The translations under genes were made by a program, and so were the position numbers. Shown here one piece after another: positions 42,037 through 57,406 of a stretch of DNA of 64,000 nucleotides. The DNA is taken from the NCBI GenBank assembly GCA_021613535.1, contig CP075494.1:7564001-7628000 (forward strand). The letters run 5' to 3'. Positions within the stretch are counted from its first letter, which is position 1; the number at the start of each line of letters is the position of its first letter. The DNA is from Adineta vaga (lineage: Eukaryota; Animalia; Rotifera). The notes beneath the pieces were generated by a model that saw nothing but the letters and a program-made list of their open reading frames with translations, searched no databases and had not been told where the DNA came from.

Positions 42037-43891
42037 TGGTTTTCGATAAAATATATTCAAATAATTTGTTCTTTGTCTTCGACGAGCACACGATTAATAA
42101 ATTAAGTTTGGAGAGAGAGAATGAGAGGAAAAAAACGAGTAATTACAATACCTAGACCGAGGAAGACTAGAATAAAATAGAATAATTAATGAAACGACAA
42201 GAAAGTATGTATCTACCTAGACGAAGAAAAAGAAGAGAAAAAAAACCTATCGATTTTAATTGTTCTGTCTTAAGGAAAGAAAGGCAAGAAGAAGAAGAAA
42301 AAAAAGAACGAATCAGTATCCGTTGTTAAGCGCCATTAACTACACAAATTGCCTCAGTAGATACCAACTCATCGGATCACATGTTTCGTATACTATATAG
42401 ATATTTTTTTTCGATCTGAATAAAGAAAACAAGACAAAAGAGAAAAATATTCTACTTCTATTTACTTTTGTACATTCTAAAATAATGATGAAGGTTAGAT
42501 GTCACTAAATGTCTCCTCTCGAGAAAGAATAGAGATGTGTATACAATTGAATCGAATTGACAGTTCAGGTGTGAAATGAAACATTTGCGGTAGTGTATGG
42601 TATTGCCTAATGATAGCATCTATTCATGCTTTTCGATGACAACCACACAACAGTTTGCTACAGAAAAAAAATTAAACTATAGAAATGAACATCAAGATCA
42701 GAGTTCGAACGTAAAAAAAATATTCTACACTGAATTGTGAAAGAAAATATCATTGAATACAGTCATTTTATAAGCAAATCATGCGTGATATTTTCCTTCT
42801 AGTTTCATTAGTAGAATTTCTAAGAAAAATAACTATACTAGTTTTAAATATACATTTGTAGACATTGCATGTTCTTCTTGAAATTATACTTTTGACAGGT
42901 CTCTCTATATAGTTCAAGATCTTAATTGCATTCTACCCAGAGGAGTATGATATCAAAACAATATTGTTTATTTTTTTCATAAACGTCTATTATTACTTCA
43001 ATAGATGACAACATACTCAAGGAGAAGAAACGCTTGAATGATAATAATGCGTGCAAACCATTTTCGTTTTTTTGGTCTGATTTCGAATGAATATTAGTCA
43101 ATTAGGGATGTAACGGTAACGGTGCACTATGGTTCACCAGTAGAAGAAGTCAGTTACCTTTACATTCTTAAATGTCTAACATAAACGATGGAAAATTTGT
43201 AAGCATGAGTTTTTCCTTCGATAAATTGATATTTATTTAGCGAGTACATATTCCTGAAGTGAAAACTACCATCGTCGACAACTTCTTCAAGTAAATTTCA
43301 GCATGTAATTGATTTCTCATCCTTCTTCTATGAATACTGCTTGATCGAAAAACTGTTAAACAAATAACCAAAAAGTTCCACTGAAAACAAGAACGATAGT
43401 TGTTTACAACAGTTTGAATAATTAGTGTGGATGAAAATATCTGTAATTTAGAAGATTGTTTATCAAGATCGCTCTAAATTTCACTCTCATCTTCTTACTA
43501 AAGTTTTTCATTTTCCTTTTTTTTTCGAGGAGTAAGAACGATTTTTAAGGAGAGAGACCAAATTTCTGGAACGAATCAACGTGCACTTTCAAGGAAAAAC
43601 GTCTCACAAACATTCAGGGGAGGAAGAGAAAGACTCCTCCCCCCTGTCGATAGAACACTAACTCATCAATCTCAAAGTCAAAAGTCTAATTGAATATCAA
43701 CACAATAATATTTTCGATATAACTCTTTCTAAATCACAATCTAAATTTTGTTTGCTACTCGAATCGAATGATCATAAATACGAATGAAAAACCTAAGATG
43801 TCGCTTCAAAATTAAATCAATTGAATGTCGTTGCTACGCAAATGTAAATACGGATGGCAAGAAGAAAATCGACTGTTACTTTCATCATCTA

Positions 43892-43904
43892 GTTACAAGG
43901 CAAC
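43892..43904 (+). promoter_or_regulatory. RFX X-box-like motif gttacaaggcaac upstream of DNAJB13
   Basis: Matches the X-box pattern ~80 bp before the ATG of a motile-cilia gene. A second candidate, gttgctacgcaaat, lies at 43830. Confidence 0.5.
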
Positions 43905-43982
43905 GCATAAGTGAGTTTTGATTTAGATTAGAAACGAAGACTAATGATAATTTCAATCAATTGATTTTAGAATAGTTCCAAT

Positions 43983-45606
43983 ATGGGAAAAGATTATTAT
44001 CAAACTCTTCAATTAACTCGAAATGCGAAAGATAGTGACATAAAAGCCGCGTATGTAACAAATAAAATTGATTAATCGGTTGGTCTTTTCTACTGATTTT
44101 TGTATATAGTTATCGTCGATTAGCACTTAAACATCATCCAGTAAAAAACACCGATGATCCAAATAATCCCAATAAATTCAATGAACTTTCCGAAGCCTAT
44201 GATGTTCTCAGTATCGTATGTATTGATAAACATATGTATGATCTTTTAGTTAATGCATTTCGTCTGTTGTGTATTATTAAGATAAAAGAAGAGCGGTTTA
44301 TGATCAATATGGTGATGAAGGATTAAAAAGTGGTGTACCGATGGGTCCAAAAAGTGAATGGAATGAAGGCTATGTGTATCATGGCAATTCTGATAAAGTT
44401 TTTCGAGATTTTTTTGGTGGTGATAATCCATATTCAGGTAAGCATAGATCCGAAGAAAATGACTGGCACATATAATGAGTTTCCTGCTCTTGTAGAGTTC
44501 TATGCAACTGCTGATCAAGATAGAAATCTTGGTTTTGGTGGATTAGATGGTCGTGGTCGAAAAAAACAAGATGCACCCATCGTTCGTGATCTTTTACTTT
44601 CATTAGAAGATTGTTATCATGGTGCTGTTAAAAAAATTAAAATTAGTCGACGAGTAAGCAAAACTATCTTTAAATTGTACTAAAGAACATATCTTCTTTA
44701 TATTACTGATGTATCTACATACCATCTCAATTCAATAACATATGTAAGGATGTAGAATGTCAGTATATACACGAATGAATATAAATGATCGTCACAATAT
44801 TGATTATTTCACGAAGATTAGTATCAACCGAGTATCATCAATTTGTACTGCTTATATATTTGTTGTGCAATGGTTAGAAAAGAACGAAATTTGATCATTC
44901 TTTTTTTCATTATATTCTCTCGATTCACTCACTCATACATATCTGCATGTGACCTCAATCAGAATCTTATGAATAGCAATATTCTTTTTTTGAGTACATT
45001 ATTTTAATTTAGGTCTTGAATGATGATGGTATAACATCAAGTATTCGTGAAAAAATTCTTTCAATTACTGTCAAACGTGGCTGGTTACCAGGCACAAAAG
45101 TAACCTTTGAAGGTGAAGGTGATCAAGGTCCAAATACTATTCCATCCGATCTTGTATTTACTGTCAAAGATAAACCACATCCACATTTACGTCGTGAACA
45201 TACTGATCTTATTTATACAGCTAAAATCAATTTAGGACAAGCATTAACTGGTACAACATTACATATTGATCATCTCGATGGAAGAAAACTTGATATTCCC
45301 ATTAATGAAATTGTTAAGTAAGTAAAATCATACGAAAAAAAAAAGATATATCTTTGTTATGATTGTAGGCCAGGATATAAAAGACGTATACCAGGTCAAG
45401 GTATGCCGTTGATGTCAAATCCAGAGAAATATGGTGATTTAATAATTGAATTCGATGTTGAATATCCTAATAGTTTAAATTCTGATCAGAAATTATATAT
45501 CAAAGAAGCCTTAATCAATAATCAGACAACGAAAAAAGCACATCATCAACAAAATCAACATCGAAAAAAACCTGTTACAAATAATGATGATGATGATGAT
45601 GAATAG
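43983..45606 (+). CDS. DNAJB13: DnaJ subfamily B member 13 (radial spoke HSP40), multi-exon
   Basis: [16 protein letters not shown] (non-HPD, typical of DNAJB13), [36 protein letters not shown] and [12 protein letters not shown]. Confidence 0.92.
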
Positions 45607-45736
45607 AAAGATTATTATTTTATATAAACAATCATGCCTGTTTTATTTTGCCTTTCTTCTTTTTTCCGTAATGATTTACATTTGAAAAAAAAGGACAAAC
45701 ATAAAATTTGTAAAATTTTGTTTTCTTCTATTATGA

Positions 45737-46222
45737 TTAATATTCAATGCCCAAAGCACGAAAAGCACTTGCTAAAGTCCAAAGTGGTCCAATTGCTAAA
45801 AATTGTAAATCCTTAAAAAATGACGGTTTCTTTCCTTCAATATCATGTCCAATAAATTGACCAATCCAAGCCAAAACAAAGATAAGTAATGATACACGAA
45901 ATATGCGTACGTGTTTTTGTTCCATAATACCCAAAATAATAAAAGCCATTGAAAGCAAAATTGACATTGCAATAGCCATTTTTGTTGATAAACGAAAATA
46001 GAATGTTAAAACTGGCCCAATAACTAACATCGGTATTAGATGACTAAATAAATGACCAAAATTTTGACGAATCGTTTTTGGTAATGGTATAGACCAAAGA
46101 AAGCCAAGTACGGTAAAAGTAATTGTTGGCACACAAATTTTATGAATTATAATATTTGTTGCATTTTGATGTGATAAAGCATATTCATCGAGCCAAGCAT
46201 GTAATTCACTGCTATTCTCCAT
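45737..46222 (-). CDS. DUF962 / Mpo1-like membrane protein, bacterial-type, intronless
   Basis: YALSHQNATNIIIHKICVP and WIGQFIGHDIEGKKPSFFKDLQFLAIGPLW. Confidence 0.85.
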   Translation of the reverse strand: MENSSELHAWLDEYALSHQNATNIIIHKICVPTITFTVLGFLWSIPLPKTIRQNFGHLFSHLIPMLVIGPVLTFYFRLSTKMAIAMSILLSMAFIILGIMEQKHVRIFRVSLLIFVLAWIGQFIGHDIEGKKPSFFKDLQFLAIGPLWTLASAFRALGIEY

Positions 46223-46420
46223 ATTTCTAAATGTAATGAATAAAAACAAGAAACGAAATCAAAGATATTGTTATTTATTTTAGATAAATGCATAAGTATC
46301 TGACGAAACAAAAACATATGTGTTTATCTTGTTCTTTTTTTTTATTATTCGGTTATTTGACAAAGAAAGAAGAAGATTCCTATCTCTATAATAGAATAGA
46401 TAAAAAAAAAGATTAATTTG

Positions 46421-47491
46421 CTAAAGATCAGTTTTGAATGAACGATCACATCGAAATAAAAAGGCATTAATAACAGCTTTACCAAGATATTTGAAAGCAA
46501 GAACTTTAGATTTTGCCATTGATTCTAATGTATACTGAGCGTAGACTCTTGCTTCATAATTACATGTTAATTTTGACCAGATTGCTTCAATTTGAGGTAA
46601 CCAATCGAATCGAAATGAGAAGAGAACTTTTAGGGAACTTTTTACTGAATCTGATAAATCGTTGGGTTGAGTTAAATGATCACTGTCTAATAACATACGA
46701 TGAGGAAGAAATTTACGTTGATTTTTCAATGTTTCATATAAGTTTGTATTTTTTCTTGCCATTGCAATTAAATTTAGTAAACGTGCCCAATTTTGACCAA
46801 ATAATTTTTCGTTATTTGATGGTAAATAAACTAATTTCGATTCAATTAATGGTAAAGCATTGTCAAATGAACTTTTGTATGCAAGCCATAATGGTGCTAA
46901 ATAATGAGTATCAAGAATTCTATCATTAAAATCTTTCGTTGATTGTTGAAGAAAAGTAAAAAATTCATGCCATCGTTTCATAGCTTCGGGTACTTGATGA
47001 TAGCATTCTTTTGCATTGGAACAAAAATTTTTAGATTGAACAATTTGAAAGGGTTCATAAGGAATAAGACCAGCATCCATAGCAGCAAGAAATGGAATAA
47101 CTGAAAGATAATAATTTGCTGATGCCCACCAACTATTTGAAGAAATGTTCAATGTTCCATTGGTAAATAATCGATTTGAATGGAATTGCCAACCAAATTG
47201 TGATGGAAGTGCAAAGAGAATATTTGAAGCATTTGATGATGAACAAAATGGCATTAATGGTGTCGTCAGATTAATTAAGATTTTATATAAACCTAATCGA
47301 TGTGGATAGTACCATGGATCAATTAATCGATATGACGATGAAGAATCATTGATTAACGGATAATCTGTTAATTTTGATGGAACTGTATGCCATAGTGGAG
47401 GATAGTAAATTTCATTGTCAGAAATCATTTCTGCATTTGTATGAAAAGAAATCAATAGGAAGAATTTGTATAAAATGATAAACGCGAACAT
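46421..47491 (-). CDS. LEG1: LEG1 (liver-enriched gene 1 / C6orf58) family secreted protein, intronless
   Basis: Signal peptide, then YPPLW, IDPWYYPHRLGLYKILIN, NILFALPSQFGWQFHSNRL and SWWASANYYLSVIPFLAA, matching the LEG1 family pattern. Confidence 0.85.
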   Translation of the reverse strand: MFAFIILYKFFLLISFHTNAEMISDNEIYYPPLWHTVPSKLTDYPLINDSSSSYRLIDPWYYPHRLGLYKILINLTTPLMPFCSSSNASNILFALPSQFGWQFHSNRLFTNGTLNISSNSWWASANYYLSVIPFLAAMDAGLIPYEPFQIVQSKNFCSNAKECYHQVPEAMKRWHEFFTFLQQSTKDFNDRILDTHYLAPLWLAYKSSFDNALPLIESKLVYLPSNNEKLFGQNWARLLNLIAMARKNTNLYETLKNQRKFLPHRMLLDSDHLTQPNDLSDSVKSSLKVLFSFRFDWLPQIEAIWSKLTCNYEARVYAQYTLESMAKSKVLAFKYLGKAVINAFLFRCDRSFKTDL

Positions 47492-47924
47492 ATTGAAATT
47501 GACAACTACAAGAGAAAAAGAATGGAATAAGAATAATAATTTCTATTCTTTACCGTCGATTATAGCTTATAATATCTGTCAATGGCGTAAATTTGCTCGC
47601 TTATTGGTAGACGCTAAGAACGCATAATGACTTAACCTAGAAAGGTCAAAGAGTCTATATAGTAAGGAAGTAGTGAGGTCAATAAGTATATACTGTCAGA
47701 TAACAAACACATTCTTTTTCAAGTACAACGATGATACCTAGGTAAAGATGAATACGAATACAAAATTACAAATCTGAGAAATGACTAGAAAATTCTTTGA
47801 GAAAAAAAGAAAACAAAGATAAAATCTATTGTTCGTTCTATCTACGAATGATGAATAATTCGACTAAAATAGATCATACTAAAACGAAAGAGAAAAGCTT
47901 AAAATACATATTCTATAGTTCTTC

Positions 47925-49644
47925 GTGTCGTCATGGAGAAAAAAATTCAATGAAAAAATGACATTAAAAATGATCAAAAATAAACATTCATCCTTCTCGA
48001 ATCATTATTTAAGTGAATTAAATGATGATCTAACATCAATCACGGATCTTAATCTATTAAAATTTCAATTAATACGTCAACGTAAGAGATTATTTTCAAA
48101 TATTGATTTATTAATTAAAATTGAAGTATCCTATGAAAATATTGTCTTCAGAATTGATTATGATAATTTAGTAAAGAATCATAATCAATTAAATGAGGAA
48201 TATAATCGATTGAAAGATGAATATCAACATTTAGGACATACTTGTTTATATTTAATCAATAAAACTCATGATTTAATTGAAGAACGTAATCAATATTATA
48301 ATGAATGGCAAATGAATAAGAATTTGTTAACACCAAGACCTGATTGGGATAAAGTTTCGAATATAATCGATGGAGGATTTCAACGATGGAAAATCTTATC
48401 GACTGGAAAATCAAGTGAATACTTACTTGATGTATTAATCAAAGAAATTATCAATGGAAATGATTTGAATTCAATTGAGGAAAACGATTATTTTGAAAGT
48501 TATGGTGATCATTCATCAGTTTTAACATTTCTACGTACACCAAAACAGAATCGACTCTTTAACAGACGAATGCGACGACGAATGACAGGACTATTGATAA
48601 AAGAGATTTGGTAAGACCTTACATCTGAAATCACTCGAGAGAATGAGAAGGAAAGATCGGATGACAAAGTTTCAAATTGAATGTTATTTATTTAGGGCTG
48701 ATAAAAATAACAAACAAAACAATCGTCTTAATGATAGAAATGAATTATCTTCATCGAAAACATTAGCTGATCATGTTGCTGATTATTTTGAAAAACGATT
48801 TGATTCAAAATCAATTGCAATTGAAATGGGATATAATCTTCGTGATGCATGTTTACGTTATCATAATTCCGATGAAATTAATTTATTTTGGGGTATTATA
48901 ACAGGACAAATAGAAGAAATGGTTTATCATCATCGTATGAAATCTATCAGTGATTTATTACAACATTTAATGAGAATGAAAACATTCTTTTCATCTCAAC
49001 AAGATTCATCTTTATCAAACGCTCGAAAAGCAATTGTTAGCGAACCAAATTCACCTTTTTCAATTCTAGCTAATCGACGATTATCAGCATTATCATTATT
49101 TTCAACGAAAGATTATTCCGAATCACCAGGTAAGCATAAATCATTCGAGTTTCTTTCATAATTATGCTTATATCTTTTAGTTACACATGATAATCTTATT
49201 ATGACAGACGAACAATTTATACAATCATTAAAAATTTTCTATCCTGAGAAAAGCAATTCACAACTAGATGAATTATTTCTCTCTGCAAAACATGACCTTT
49301 CATATTTGAATCAATCAATAGAATTTCCTTTATTATTTATCGAAGATAATGACAATCGTTTTGGTCATTTTCTATCAATATTAATCAAACAAATGAATGA
49401 AGAAAAATTCTCCTATGTTGAACAAATAAAACAAATTCTTCTTGGTTATCCATTAATTACCGTTTCTCAATTTAATCGAGCTGTTTCCATGATTGATCCA
49501 AAGATTACTCAAGATGAATTACATCGATATATTCAATGGGTTTTTTCTGTTAAGAAGTATCATTCATCACAACAATCAATAAAACCTTTAGATTTAGAAG
49601 ATTTATTAAGACGATTAGAAAATTGTGCCTGTTTTAAACATTAA
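47925..49644 (+). CDS. TSNAXIP1: Translin-associated factor X-interacting protein 1-like (start uncertain), multi-exon
   Basis: Coiled coil followed by LTPRPDW, IEMGYNLRDAC, LFWGIITGQIEEMVY and LKIFYPEKS. Confidence 0.72.
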
Positions 49645-49746
49645 ACACTATCATTACACAAATATAATTATAAATCTATGACAAAAAGAGAGAGAGAGAG
49701 AGAGAGGAGATTTTTAAGAGATAAAAAAAAAACGTTTTGTTTTTTC

Positions 49747-51642
<1,896 letters not shown>

Positions 51643-51710
51643 TGATACAATTAAATCCTTCGAATGTAGTAGTGAACTCTAATCGATCATCGCGATTCAT
51701 TGAGGGAGAG

Positions 51711-51724
51711 ATTGTCATGGAAAC
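51711..51724. promoter_or_regulatory. RFX X-box-like motif attgtcatggaaac upstream of CCDC77
   Basis: Near-consensus X-box ~70 bp upstream of a centriolar gene. A CCAAT box (ctgattggtt) lies at ~51856 in the divergent CCDC77/VPS37 spacer. Confidence 0.45.
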
Positions 51725-51990
51725 AAATGATGAATTCTTAACTTTTTGAAAAGAAAAGCTATCTGTAAATAAAACTAACGTTTAATCAATAGAATTTTTT
51801 TGAATTTTCGAAAAGAAATTTAATTTCTTTTGTCTGAAAATGATCTCTTTAAATCTGATTGGTTGACTATCTAAACTCGATGACTCATGACCTACAATGT
51901 CCAGAGAAGAAAGAAAGAACGAACGAACTTTCACATATTCACTTCACTCACTCACTCACTCACTCACGCGACGAACTATTTACCAAGAAA

Positions 51991-52745
51991 ATGATGAGCG
52001 GTTATTATCCGACTAACGAAAGTGGACTAAATGAATCACGAGTACTTATTAATCAAATGAGTGTTGATGATTTAAAAAGACTTATGAACAATGATGATGA
52101 AGTAACAAAATTCGTACAAAATTTACCAGAGGTATATTATTATTGATGCACTGTTTTTTTTTGCTTGATAAATGAAACTTTTCTTCATTAGGTTCAACAA
52201 ATGGAAAGTATTAGAGAAAGTTTGAAAGAAAAGATCAAACATTTAGCAGCTATAAATCTTCAGAAAGAACCCGAATTGAATCATCAGAAACAAAAACTCG
52301 CAGAAGTACATGAACAATTGAGAAAGATGAGAGAAGAATATAATAGTATTCGAGGACAATATGGTAAATATTTGAAGATTCTTGTGGAAAGTATTTTTTG
52401 ATTAATTTATAGATGATCAAAATGGTGATACTACTCCAGATATGATTTATGTTCTTTTACAAACAGCAGGATCGGATTTAGAACGAAAAACAGAAGTATG
52501 TCAACGTTTTATTTGTTTGTTGTTGATTGTATTTGTTTGTCTTTTAGGATACAGCAGAAGATTTTTTCTACGGTGGAAAAACTGAAGATGAAGTAACCGA
52601 ATTTGAACGTCGTTTTATTGAAGATCGAAAACGCGCACATGAATTAAAAATAAAAGCTGAAAAATTTCAAGAATTATTACATATTTCTCAATCAACGAGT
52701 AGTTTAAATTATAATCAGCCTTCACGTACAAGTAGTTATCGTTAA
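51991..52745 (+). CDS. VPS37: ESCRT-I subunit VPS37 (Mod(r) domain), 4 exons
   Basis: MSVDDLKRLMNNDD..LAAINLQKEPEL..EDTAEDFF..FIEDRKRAHELKIKAEKF. Confidence 0.8.
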
Positions 52746-52965
52746 ATAACAAGACAAAAAAAAAGAATCTTTATATCTATTTATTTCATTCATTAATATT
52801 TTAATAAAAACAACAACAACAACGAATGCTTTTTTTAAATGTGTAAATGTATAACCTTATTGTCTTTTAAGAAGATGTGGTGTATGTTTTTGATTTTTGT
52901 CTTTATTTATTTTGAACAATATGATCGCATCTCGAAAAAAAAATGATTATGTTTCAGATAAATTC

Positions 52966-53493
52966 ATGTTGGAAATTCGTCGAGAAGAAGATTCTGATCG
53001 ACATGAAATCTTTCGAATACATCAAAATGCTTTTCAACAAGATGATGAAGCACAATTAGTGGACAAACTTCGACAAAATGAACAATACAATTTCAATTTA
53101 TCGTTTGTTGCTTTAGTTGATAAGAAAATTGTTGGACATCTATTATTTACTCCGTTACAGATCAATTATTCATCGAATAAGAAATCAATAGTTAGTCTTG
53201 CACTTGCACCGATTTCCATCTTAAGCGATCATTAAAAACAAGGCATTGGAAGCAAATTAATTGAGTATGCATTGAGTGAATTGATAGCACAAGGATATTC
53301 ATCAGTTATTGTTCTTGGTCATGAACATTTTTATCCAAAATTTGGTTTCGTACCTGCGAAAAAGTATCATATTCATGCGTCATTTCCGCTTGAGAATGAG
53401 AATTGTTTTATGGCACTTGAATTGAAACCTCAAGCATTCCCTTTGAATGATGGAGAAGGAATTGTGCAATATTTACCAGAATTTGGAATATAA
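52966..53493 (+). pseudogene. Bacterial YhbS-like GNAT N-acetyltransferase with an in-frame TAA at 53233-53235
   Basis: ORFs 52897 and 53272 share a frame: IRRE..AF..EAQLVDKLR..LALAPISILSDH*KQGIGSKLI..VLGHEHFYPKFGF..FMALEL..YLPEF. Confidence 0.8.
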
Positions 53494-53543
53494 ACAGTCT
53501 AAATATTTCTTTTAGATTACTCATTTTTCTTACTATTCTTATC

Positions 53544-54579
53544 ATGTCAGTGACAAAACGGTAGGCTGATACACTTCGATTTATCTTTATATTCTCTTGA
53601 ATTTTATTTAGTAGTACTAAAAAGGTCGTGTCTTATAATGAACTTGATGATGATGATGATGGTAAGTATTCATGATCGGTGTTGATAATTAATTGATTGA
53701 TTTACGTTACTTAGACTTCGTTCCGATTGGTGGCGATAATTCAAAAAAGAATCGTTGTTCTAAAACAAAACAGATTACTAAACAATCCACAAAAAAATGT
53801 GAAGAGAAGTGAGTTTACTTTGATTCATCTTTATCATATATTAATCTAAAATTTCTTAGGATATTTCCTGTTGAACCAGAAGAACCTGTATTAATTCTAA
53901 AGCCAGTCAAACAACCAACAATTGTCACAGAAGAAAAAGAAAAAGAAAACACTACTAGTCAATCATCAGTATCTAGCGATGGTATAACTAAATAATGAAA
54001 TGATAGAAACACTGACAAGAATTGAAGTTTTTAGATGGTAAACCATCGTCGGAAATTGTACTGGATGTAAAAGAAGAAGATGGTGACGAATTATTACCAA
54101 AAAGTAAACGAATAAAACATGACGAAGGTAAATACATCTATATGTATCGAATAGTTTTTTATTTGTATATAATTGTAGAAGATGATACCAATGAAAATAA
54201 GGAAGAATCATTACCACAACAACTGTCATTTAATGAAAGAGAAGAATCAACTTCAAAAGATGGTAATTAAAACTATTGTCATTTAGACATCAATGTACTG
54301 TTTTCATTTATTAGAAATTTTATCAGTTGATCATCATACATCTCGAACTTCGTCATGTAATTATATTATATTGCATTTATTCTTTGTTCTATGTTCAGTA
54401 TTGTCTTTTTAGCTCGAACAGCAGAATTACCAGGAAGACGATCTTCTACTCCATTAGGTTTTCCAACTAGTAAGATTAATATTTCCTCACCGCATGTGTC
54501 TCGTGTTGGTTTATCACGTAAATCTGTTACTGTAAAACCACTTCATCCTAATCTCACTACTCGTGTTGTTCATGAATAA
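53544..54579 (+). CDS. RAD51AP1: RAD51-associated protein 1-like, multi-exon
   Basis: The spliced N-terminus MSVTKR(S)TKKVVSYNELDDDDDDFVP and the C-terminus SRVGLSRKSVTVKPLHPN resemble the RAD51AP1 termini (KPVNYSQF..DDDFV; LRLGLSR..VKPLHPN). Confidence 0.68.
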
Positions 54580-54718
54580 TTTCGTTCATATCTATTTTTG
54601 TATGTGTGTCTTAAATATGTTTATATTGTACAGATAAAAATTGTTTTCATAGAATTTCAACGAAAAATAAGAAACTATTGAATGTATTTCTAGATCGATG
54701 TTTTAAGAACTTCATGCC

Positions 54719-56912
<2,194 letters not shown>

Positions 56913-57406
56913 TATGTTAATGTACAATCTATTTGCAATGATCTTTTTCTTTTCATTCTCATCTATTTACCGTTTTCTTTTTGTACATTCCATATGAATC
57001 ATTTCATTGTATTGTTTTTCTTTCTCGGGAACATTTACATATCCATAATGAACTATGTAGTCAACTGTTTTTCTTTTCTTCTATTCTGTATTTAATACAT
57101 GTTGTTTTTTGTTTCCAATAACAATCGATTAATATAATCAAATAAATAATTATTAGTGTTGATCAGATATTATTCAATGCTTTTACCTGACAAGAATATA
57201 ATAGTTTTGTGATCATTGAATTTACAAATGATGTATCTGAGCGTTATCAATCATCACGTTTTCTTTCTGTACGATTGATAGTCACGTATATCAAATAATA
57301 TTAAGTTTACTTTTCTTACATTCCTAAAATAGTAAGGAGTAAGAAAAGACTGACAAGTTTTAATATGAAATAATTTACAAAAATTAGCTTATTCGAAATA
57401 GAAATA

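Noticed and set aside
43616-43646. Imperfect G/C hairpin caggggagga..tcctcccccctg
   Set aside because: Short and imperfect; at most a repeat remnant, and not meaningful as a terminator in a eukaryote.
44132-44146. J-domain lacks HPD (HHPVK)
   Set aside because: This is a known property of DNAJB13/RSP16.
53233-53235. TAA at an expected Gln position, suggesting a ciliate-type genetic code
   Set aside because: Neighbouring genes terminate at TAA or TAG and their long ORFs are stop-free under the standard code, so this is an isolated event.
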